32,305 nt of DNA from a virus (lineage: Duplodnaviria; Caudoviricetes), in IMG/VR virus record IMGVR_UViG_3300046751_000070, positions 1 to 32,305 of that record; one strand, written 5' to 3'. Every line of letters starts with the position of its first letter. Within the stretch, counting starts at the first letter, position 1. Both the position numbers and the translations under genes were made by a program. Below, piece by piece: positions 1 through 7,451 of the stretch. The notes beneath the pieces are model-generated. The model made no database searches, was not told the origin of the DNA, and saw only the letters and a program-made list of their open reading frames with translations.

Positions 1-476
1 TGTAGTGTAATTGATGAAACACCACCCGCTTGTGAAAGATATTCACTATCGTTTGTACCCGCCGCTCCACCCGCGCCAATAACATAAGTGGCGTTGTGAA
101 ACCTACTTGCTTTACCGTACAGTAATAAGGGATGGCCACCTCGTCCTCCCTGTGCAGCAAAAGAACCACTTTGATCATACCCCCCGCCACCACCGCCACT
201 AACCATAAACACCCACATATAATCATCATCAGCTACATTAGCTGGTTTGGAATAAGTGCCGCTTGTCGTAAACGTGCTGTCAGGATTACTGAAATTTGGA
301 TTAACTATTTGGTCTGGGCCTGTGCTTATAGTTCCCCAAGCTGCCGTTCCAGCACTAGCGTAGGTTAATACTTGGTCTGCTGCGCCACCAGCGGGGATGT
401 GATTGTTGCCGCTGCCTGTTGGGTGAACGTATGTTGCAACGTGACTGTTTGTTGCTGCGTCTCTTGCTCTAGTCAT
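1..476 (-). CDS. Second glycine-rich tail fibre/receptor-binding-like protein (3' end runs off the window; absent from ORF track)
   Basis: Manual translation MTRARDAATNSHVATYVHPTGSGNNHIPAGGAADQVLTYASAGTAAW...FTTSGTYSKP...VFMVSGGGGGG...VIGAGGAAG, open to the edge; ATG at 476 overlaps the upstream TGA (ATGA). Confidence 0.85.
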   Translation of the reverse strand, partial: MTRARDAATNSHVATYVHPTGSGNNHIPAGGAADQVLTYASAGTAAWGTISTGPDQIVNPNFSNPDSTFTTSGTYSKPANVADDDYMWVFMVSGGGGGGYDQSGSFAAQGGRGGHPLLLYGKASRFHNATYVIGAGGAAGTNDSEYLSQAGGVSSITL

Positions 477-754
477 TCTACTAACTCCCACAGACAAGTA
501 TCTTCATTAAGCCTGTAATTACCGTCTGGTTTTTGTGGGATAAAAGCATCCCTATTTGCGTCATAAGTCATACCGACCCCTGCAAAGTTTTTTCGCAGTG
601 GTGTACCGCCAAGACGGTGCTGACCGCCGTATGTGTTGTAAGAGGTTTGCACCCAGCGACCAGCAATGTTGTCCACAAGATTTTCAACAAACTCTGCTTC
701 CGCAACAATTACTTGCTGGACAATGCTGTTAGTTACTTTTGCATAATGTGCCAT
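473..754 (-). CDS. Small protein accompanying Gly-rich tail fibres (putative fibre assembly/accessory protein)
   Basis: MAHYAK..VIVAE..WVQTSYN..LRKNFAGVGMTYD..DAFIP pattern typical of aquatic phage fibre-associated proteins; AAGGA RBS. Confidence 0.75.
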   Translation of the reverse strand: MAHYAKVTNSIVQQVIVAEAEFVENLVDNIAGRWVQTSYNTYGGQHRLGGTPLRKNFAGVGMTYDANRDAFIPQKPDGNYRLNEDTCLWELVE

Positions 755-764
755 TATCTTTCCT

Positions 765-3119
765 TTATGTTGGGTAGCGGATTATAACGATGCCTGAACC
801 GCCGTTAGAGCCATCGCCCGTAGCACCATTTCCCGCTCCACCACCGCCAGTATTTGCCTGTGCAGCCGATGGAGCGCCGCTAGCAACACTGTCAGCACCA
901 CCGCCAGCACCACCCGCAACTGCGTTAGGACCACCAGCACCACCACCTCCATAGTAACCTGAGTCACCTGTTGATGTTGCCGTCGCAAAAGTAGAGTATG
1001 TATTTATTCCCGCACCGCCAGCACCGCCAGTAGAAGTTCCATTTGCCCCTGCCGCGCCAGCACCTCCACCACCACCGCCACCCGCAACACCAGATGGATT
1101 GTTTCCACCCGCATTTCCTTGACCCGAAGTTCCCGCACCGCCAGTACCGCCAGCACCACCGCCACCTCCTGATCCACCGTCCCTACCAAGACCAGGATAC
1201 AGTTGATTAGAGTACGAATACCCACCGCCACCGCCACCGATTGCAGAAGGATAAGCAGCGTCAGCATTATTCGCGAGGGTAGTATTTCCTCCATCGCTCC
1301 CAGTGTTGGCGACGCCTTTGGCACCTCCCGCGCCAACAGTAACTGTGAATGAAGCGGAGCCAATGGTTGTGGTTGCGTAAAGTATACCTCCTGCTCCACC
1401 ACCACCTGAAGCATAGTCCATTCCACCAGCAGTACCGCCACCACCACCGCCACCCGCAACCAATAAATAATTTATCACACCCGAACCAGTTGCTGTAAAA
1501 GTACCTGAAGAAGTAAACGTATGATAAGTATAACCACCAGCGGTAGTGACTGTTCCACCTGTTCCAGTTAATTTTGCAACAGGCACACTTCCAATTCCAA
1601 CATTTTCCCAGTAATTATTTCCAGCGGTGGCGTCTTTGAGAACATACATAAATCCTGTTGTTGTGTTTATCCATATATGCCCAACACCTGACGCTGGATT
1701 GGTTGATAAAGTAGGGTCGGACGAACTAACCGTTGTGTCGCTAAGTGACGCAAATGAACCCGCTGGACTTGCCCATGCAGCCGCACTTGCACCGCTATTA
1801 ACGGTAAGAACCTGACCAGCAGAACCAAGTGTGGCTGGTAAAGCTACCTTACCCGTTGTGCTTATTGTTCCCGTAACTGCAACATTACCAGCAAATGTCC
1901 CGCCTGTTGAAGCCGCTACAGTATCAGCCACCGTAAATGATTTAAACGCTACAACTGCTAAATGGTCATTAAGTGCTGCGCCACTAGCCAGAACAATAGA
2001 CGTTCCGCTGGTCGCTGTGTAGTCACTGCCGTTATCCAGCACGATGCCGTTTAAGGTTACAATGAGATTACCAGCCGAATAACTCAGCGTAGCCGAATTG
2101 TTGTCTGCTCCGCTAAACGTAGTCTGCCCAGCGGTAGCCGTAAACTCATAGTCCAGTAAACTTACAGCACCCGCGCTTGTCGCAAGTATCCAATTCCCGC
2201 CGTCATAAACTTTCATGCTTCCTACAGCAGAATCGAAAAATAGCGAACCAGAAACTAGCGCATTACCGTCGTTGTCTACGGATGGTTCGCTAGACTTACT
2301 GCCTAAATAGCGGTCATCGAATGTATCGAATGATGCCGCCGCTGCCGCCGCTGAGTTAGCCGCCGCACTTGCAGATGCCGCCGCATTTGTTGCGTTAGTC
2401 GCCGCTGCCGACATCGTTGGGGCCACACCCGCGACTGTTGCGATATTTGCGATCACACCAGTAGCTGCAAGATCGTCCATGTTCTGGATGTTGTCTGTAG
2501 TTGCCAATGCGGTGATCTCGGTGGATTTCCCTGCGACCGTGTTGACGTTAGTGATCGCACCAGCGACCGTATTGACGTTACTGACGGACCCCGCGACTGT
2601 GTTTAGGTTCGTGGTGTTCAACGCATTGAGTTGCGTTTTGTCACTACTTGAGAGCCAAGTGTTTTCTAAATAGTTTTTCGTCGCGACGTCTTGTGCCGCT
2701 GTAGGATCAGCGACGTTTGTGATTCGCTGTGCACCAGCGTCGAACAGGTCACTAGCGTTTTTAGACAACACGATCTCTGCGACGTCGTTGGCCTCTTGGG
2801 CCAGATAGAATGCTTGGAGACTATCTTTGTCGAGGATTTCGTCAGACAACACTGAGCCGGTCTGGTAGTCCACTAGCCGTGTGTTTGGTGAGGTAGCACG
2901 TTTAAGCACCACGACATCACCGGCAGTTGGCCCAGTGTTTAACTGGATGCGCGTACTGGTCGCGAAGGTGAATGCAGTTGTTGCTGTACCGTTGACCGTA
3001 ACGCTGACATGAGATTGAGACAGGTAGGGAAACGACAAGTCAAACTGCCGGTTCTGTGGATCAGCTAGTCCAGCTTTATTGGCATCGACATTGAAAACGT
3101 CACGGGCATTAGCCATCAT
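765..3119 (-). CDS. Tail fibre protein (T7 gp17-like N-terminal adaptor, coiled-coil shaft, Gly-rich C-terminal domain)
   Basis: FDLSFPYL..VSVTVNG..VLKRAT..LVDY..GSVL..LD..SLQ..YLAQE adaptor motif; NVNTVAG repeats; C-terminal HTFTSSGTF/LLVAGGGGGG/GGSGIVIIRY. Confidence 0.93.
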   Translation of the reverse strand: MMANARDVFNVDANKAGLADPQNRQFDLSFPYLSQSHVSVTVNGTATTAFTFATSTRIQLNTGPTAGDVVVLKRATSPNTRLVDYQTGSVLSDEILDKDSLQAFYLAQEANDVAEIVLSKNASDLFDAGAQRITNVADPTAAQDVATKNYLENTWLSSSDKTQLNALNTTNLNTVAGSVSNVNTVAGAITNVNTVAGKSTEITALATTDNIQNMDDLAATGVIANIATVAGVAPTMSAAATNATNAAASASAAANSAAAAAASFDTFDDRYLGSKSSEPSVDNDGNALVSGSLFFDSAVGSMKVYDGGNWILATSAGAVSLLDYEFTATAGQTTFSGADNNSATLSYSAGNLIVTLNGIVLDNGSDYTATSGTSIVLASGAALNDHLAVVAFKSFTVADTVAASTGGTFAGNVAVTGTISTTGKVALPATLGSAGQVLTVNSGASAAAWASPAGSFASLSDTTVSSSDPTLSTNPASGVGHIWINTTTGFMYVLKDATAGNNYWENVGIGSVPVAKLTGTGGTVTTAGGYTYHTFTSSGTFTATGSGVINYLLVAGGGGGGGTAGGMDYASGGGGAGGILYATTTIGSASFTVTVGAGGAKGVANTGSDGGNTTLANNADAAYPSAIGGGGGGYSYSNQLYPGLGRDGGSGGGGGAGGTGGAGTSGQGNAGGNNPSGVAGGGGGGGAGAAGANGTSTGGAGGAGINTYSTFATATSTGDSGYYGGGGAGGPNAVAGGAGGGADSVASGAPSAAQANTGGGGAGNGATGDGSNGGSGIVIIRYPT
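2529..2609 (-). repeat. Three 10-aa-period N(L/V)NTVAG repeats in the tail fibre shaft
   Basis: NLNTVAGSVS-NVNTVAGAIT-NVNTVAG; 30-nt periodic DNA repeat. Confidence 0.85.
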
Positions 3120-3129
3120 TACGTCCTTT

Positions 3130-6100
3130 CTATTTGTAACCGCCGGTCGCGACGTTGAAAATTTGCTGGTAGAGTTTAAACGGCAAGAGTTTCTGCGCGG
3201 TCTCTAGCCGATTGTCTTCGAAAGCCAAATTAAAGGTGTCGGTAAGCAGACCCGCTGACGGCCCAAGCACTAGAGACAGTCGTGCGTTCTCGCGGCTGTA
3301 TCGTGATGCGCCTTCCGACATTCCCGTTTGGGTCGCAATGGCGTCGATGGGTGTACTTAGGTACGTCAGGAATCCTGATCGATCTATCGCGTCATACGCC
3401 CACGAACCCGCGTCCCGCTCTTTGATCTCGCCGTAACGCAGCATGTCTTTCGCACCAACAACGGCAGTACCCAAGGCGAGTGCAAAGGCAAACGAACTGA
3501 ACGCTTGCATGTCCCCGTAGTTTGCCATTCGTTGAAACGCAGGGACCATAAACTTTGTCATCACGACAAACCCGTAAGTCTGGAACTGACCAATCATCTT
3601 AGCGTACTCGTTGGACATCAGAAACGGTGTGTCACCTTTGGACGGTGTCATCACGGCACGGTTCGCAGCGTTCTCCAAAGCAATCAAAACGTCTTGGTGC
3701 GCTGTTTGTCCGTCACGTCCTTCTTTGAGCCAACGATGCATTCCAAGTTCAAAGACACCCGCATCGTTCTCTTTGGGTGGGTATTTTTTGAACATCTTCT
3801 GGATATTACGCATCTCAGTCGATCCGAGACCTGACGCTGCAAGCTGTGCTATTTTGCCTTTGGCTATTGGATCATTGGCAGAAGCCGCCGCGAGTAAGCT
3901 GTCGTAATCCTTTGAGAGACGGGTAAAATTGTTCTGCATTTCGACCATCGCCAACATTTTGAGGCGCGAGTTCCACCACATCATACCACTGGCATACGAG
4001 GTGGTATCGGACAGTCCACGCATGATCCTATCGACACTGCTTGTGGTGTAATGCTTGACGGTCCCATAGTCACCAACGCCAGCTTGCAGTCGAGCATCGT
4101 CAGCACCGTTCATCGCCATCGTCCGGTTGCCGTGACCCATCAGTTCTAGTGCGTAAGCGAGACTTTTGATCTCGGCGTTACCCATGTTGCGTAGTGTCTG
4201 ATTGAGTGCTTTTAGATTGCGATAGGACATCGTGCCGAAACCGGTAGTCAGTGCCGTGTTTGACAGGTCGGTCAAGCTGGGGATCACAAAGCCAGAGCCG
4301 TAGCGAATGTAGTTAAACTCACGGACTTTTTGCATCGTAAAGTTCAACAAGGATTCGGGATCGGCGGGTAGGTCTAATTGCCCAAGCTGTCGTTGGACAC
4401 CCAGTTCGACGTCCTTGGTTGCCTTCAGTCTTTCGTTGTCCAGCTTGTTGATCTGCTTTTTCGTTGCGCCTTCACGCTGTGCCTTTGCGATCATGTCGAG
4501 GTAATCGTCATCGACTGCTTTGATCATTCCTTGCAGAATTTCCGTTTCGCTTCCACCAAAGTGTCCAAAGGTTTTTCTGAAGGCCATGCGCTGGGCGATA
4601 TCGATGTTGGCACGGTAAAGACTTTCGTACATATCGTTTTTTAGAATGCCTAGTTTGTGGGCTTCCCGACGCTGTTCGTTTGTCAGCTTGATCATGCGCT
4701 CTTTGAGGCGCGACGATTCCAGCACGTCTGTCGATAGTGCACCGCGTGGTGCTTGAGAACTTGTGCGAGATCCGAGTGTGTTCGTCAGTTCTTCAACGTA
4801 CTGTTCGAGTGGCTGATCGTTTTCTTTGCGCTTGGTCAGACGCTTGGCTTGCTTCAGTTTACGCTTGGCTTTCCGTGCACCTTTGGCTTGGTCATTCATG
4901 GCTGCGCGGCGTAGCTTTTTGACGGTCAAAAGTTGCTTACGCTTCTGCGTAGCGTCCACGACGTTTCGTCGCAGTGGGTCAATCTTAGCGTCTAACTTGT
5001 CGAGTTCTTTGTCCAGCTTTTTGATAGCTTGAGTGTTCTTATCGATCTTACCCTGCAAGTAACTGATACGGGTACTGCGTGGCTGTTTAGCTTTCACACG
5101 ACCTTCAGCATCCGTTCTGATCGGCTTATCGATATTTGCCAGATCGATGTCAGCCGCCGTAAGATTTGCTTCAGCGTCTAGCACTTCTTTTTTAGTCGCG
5201 GTTTGACCACGATAGTTCACCATGTCCAGAAGTGCCTTAGCTTCCTTCACGGTTTCTTCAGCTTGCAGACGCATCTTTTGTCCTGGGCGTCCGGTCTTGA
5301 CCATCTGGTCGATGTCTTTCTGACGCTGCTTGGCTTCCGCTTTTAACTTGCGGAGTTCGTCCAGCATACGATCATTCTTGGCCTTGCGATTGTCACGGTT
5401 CAATTTCCGCTGATCGCGTCTTGCTATTTGTTCTAGCAGAATGTCTTTTGCTTCTTTGACTGACGCTTTGATGATGTCGAAGTTGGTAGACCTAAACTCG
5501 GCAGCGGCTCTTACAGCTTCTTTTCGCGATGCAGTCGCTTCTAAATCGGCGTCCTCTTCCATCTTCTGGAGTTTCTTTAGGTCAGTCCGGTAGAGGTCGC
5601 CGGTCCACTCGCCCAGTATTTCGTTCTTGGCGGTAGCACCTTGTTCGACCGTATATACAGTCGGTTCACCATCCGAATTCTTGACCGTGACGTCTTCGAC
5701 ACCAAGCTTTCCAAATTGTTCTTTGGTCATCCCAAAAGTTGCTTCAAGAAACTCTTCTGTCGGATCGTCTGCAAACAGTTGCATGAAGAAGTTCCGAGCC
5801 GCAATCGGACTGCGTCTAATAGCCTTGCCGTCCCACAATTGTGGCGACACGAACTTGCGACCCAGACGTTCCTTTTCGGTCATCATACCGAGTTCAACCA
5901 GTTCGTCTTCCAGACGCAAATTGTAGTCGTGAAGAACATTAGCTTGCTCTTTGGCGCGTTGGATCACCATCATGGCGTTCCCTTTGCCAAACCGGTCGAT
6001 CAGGTTGTCGATCACGGCGTCATCAATGTCTTCATGTGCCGCTTTCGCAATGATGTCTTCGAACTCGGTTTTGCTGATGGCACTGGTAGTTTCTTCAACG

Positions 6101-7419
6101 GCTTTAGCCTCACCGGACGCCATTGGTCCCGCTGCGACGTCGGACGCTAGACCTTTAAGATTGGCTCCAAGATCGGCGGCTTTTTCTTTAGCAGTCCGCA
6201 AGCGACCGGCGTCAGCACCAGCAAGGTCAAAACGTAGCTTTTCGAAAGCCTCGTTGACCGGCCCCAAGATTTCCATTCGGAAGGTCATGATGCGGTTCGT
6301 TGCGACTTCTTCCATCGATCTGGTAGCCACACCAGCTTCAGCGGCCTCGTCAATCATCCCACCACGGTTGTACAGTTGAGACGTGATGTCTCGGAACGTG
6401 CCACTGTTGGACGTCATGCCACGAATGAGAGGCGATGCGCGACCTACCGTCTTTGTGACGGCAGCAAGACCGGCAGCACCAACTGCTTTGACACCAGCAC
6501 GGGCCACACCTTGTCCCATCAATGCGCCACGTTTAGCCATCTCGCTAGACTTTACAGCCGCCGCACCAACAGATCGACCGGCACCCGTCTCTGCGACCGC
6601 CTCGTACACCTGTTTGCCGTCTCTGGTGACACGCTTGAGTACGACACTTTCTGACAGTGACTCTCCAAGACCACGGACGCCCATGCTGACTTTGCTGTCA
6701 GGCCTAAAGACATAATTCGGGTTCGATGGGTTCAGAAAGCTGTCACCACGTCGAGCCGACACGAATAGCCCAAGACCACCGCCGAGACCGGAAGACAACG
6801 CAGTGTTCAATACGCTTTCTTCGATGGTCCGCACGTCGTTCATCAAGTGCAAACCGGCTTCTTGCACGACACTGAATTGTGCACCAGCCGTGGCCCATTT
6901 GGCTGGCTTACTGTTCATTAACTTGCCGACTTTACTGGCGGTCCCTAAACGCTTCGCAATGTTGACCCCAGGTATTAGCGTGGAGATATCAACAATGGAC
7001 CCAATGCCACCAAGCAGCATTCCAAAGCCACTACCGTTCTGTAGCTTCGCACGGTCTGCAACTTGTGCGCGGAACGATGCCACACGGGCCTCGTATTGTT
7101 GCTGCGAGTAGACCATGTCAAACTGACCGTCTTTGACGAAAGCTTCCATGTCGTTGTCTTTGTCACGGTTCGCGTTCCAGTGCGCGTAGACATTAAAGTT
7201 TTCGTCAGGCCGGTAGTTCCATGAGTTAGCGTCACGACCACGGTCGAACCCGTAGCGGATCGTGCTGCCGATCCACGTTTCTTGCATCCACATTTCACCG
7301 GCTGTGCCTATGACGCCGAGACCTTCTACGTTGTCTGTGGAGTAGCGGCGGGGGATCGATTGGACCGTCTCGACGTTTGTCTGAGTCGTGGTCTGTTGGA
7401 CCGTCTGTTCTTCAGCCAT
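3130..7419 (-). CDS. Large internal virion/ejection protein (gp16-like), 1429 aa
   Basis: Size and position before the tail fibre; Gly/Ala-rich hydrophobic N-terminal helices; C-terminal AVMTP..GD.P..QFQ.Y and LGP.AG patterns; AGGAG RBS. Confidence 0.85.
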   Translation of the reverse strand: MAEEQTVQQTTTQTNVETVQSIPRRYSTDNVEGLGVIGTAGEMWMQETWIGSTIRYGFDRGRDANSWNYRPDENFNVYAHWNANRDKDNDMEAFVKDGQFDMVYSQQQYEARVASFRAQVADRAKLQNGSGFGMLLGGIGSIVDISTLIPGVNIAKRLGTASKVGKLMNSKPAKWATAGAQFSVVQEAGLHLMNDVRTIEESVLNTALSSGLGGGLGLFVSARRGDSFLNPSNPNYVFRPDSKVSMGVRGLGESLSESVVLKRVTRDGKQVYEAVAETGAGRSVGAAAVKSSEMAKRGALMGQGVARAGVKAVGAAGLAAVTKTVGRASPLIRGMTSNSGTFRDITSQLYNRGGMIDEAAEAGVATRSMEEVATNRIMTFRMEILGPVNEAFEKLRFDLAGADAGRLRTAKEKAADLGANLKGLASDVAAGPMASGEAKAVEETTSAISKTEFEDIIAKAAHEDIDDAVIDNLIDRFGKGNAMMVIQRAKEQANVLHDYNLRLEDELVELGMMTEKERLGRKFVSPQLWDGKAIRRSPIAARNFFMQLFADDPTEEFLEATFGMTKEQFGKLGVEDVTVKNSDGEPTVYTVEQGATAKNEILGEWTGDLYRTDLKKLQKMEEDADLEATASRKEAVRAAAEFRSTNFDIIKASVKEAKDILLEQIARRDQRKLNRDNRKAKNDRMLDELRKLKAEAKQRQKDIDQMVKTGRPGQKMRLQAEETVKEAKALLDMVNYRGQTATKKEVLDAEANLTAADIDLANIDKPIRTDAEGRVKAKQPRSTRISYLQGKIDKNTQAIKKLDKELDKLDAKIDPLRRNVVDATQKRKQLLTVKKLRRAAMNDQAKGARKAKRKLKQAKRLTKRKENDQPLEQYVEELTNTLGSRTSSQAPRGALSTDVLESSRLKERMIKLTNEQRREAHKLGILKNDMYESLYRANIDIAQRMAFRKTFGHFGGSETEILQGMIKAVDDDYLDMIAKAQREGATKKQINKLDNERLKATKDVELGVQRQLGQLDLPADPESLLNFTMQKVREFNYIRYGSGFVIPSLTDLSNTALTTGFGTMSYRNLKALNQTLRNMGNAEIKSLAYALELMGHGNRTMAMNGADDARLQAGVGDYGTVKHYTTSSVDRIMRGLSDTTSYASGMMWWNSRLKMLAMVEMQNNFTRLSKDYDSLLAAASANDPIAKGKIAQLAASGLGSTEMRNIQKMFKKYPPKENDAGVFELGMHRWLKEGRDGQTAHQDVLIALENAANRAVMTPSKGDTPFLMSNEYAKMIGQFQTYGFVVMTKFMVPAFQRMANYGDMQAFSSFAFALALGTAVVGAKDMLRYGEIKERDAGSWAYDAIDRSGFLTYLSTPIDAIATQTGMSEGASRYSRENARLSLVLGPSAGLLTDTFNLAFEDNRLETAQKLLPFKLYQQIFNVATGGYK

Positions 7420-7451
7420 TACACGGCTCCTGTTTATCTCGATTTACTGGA

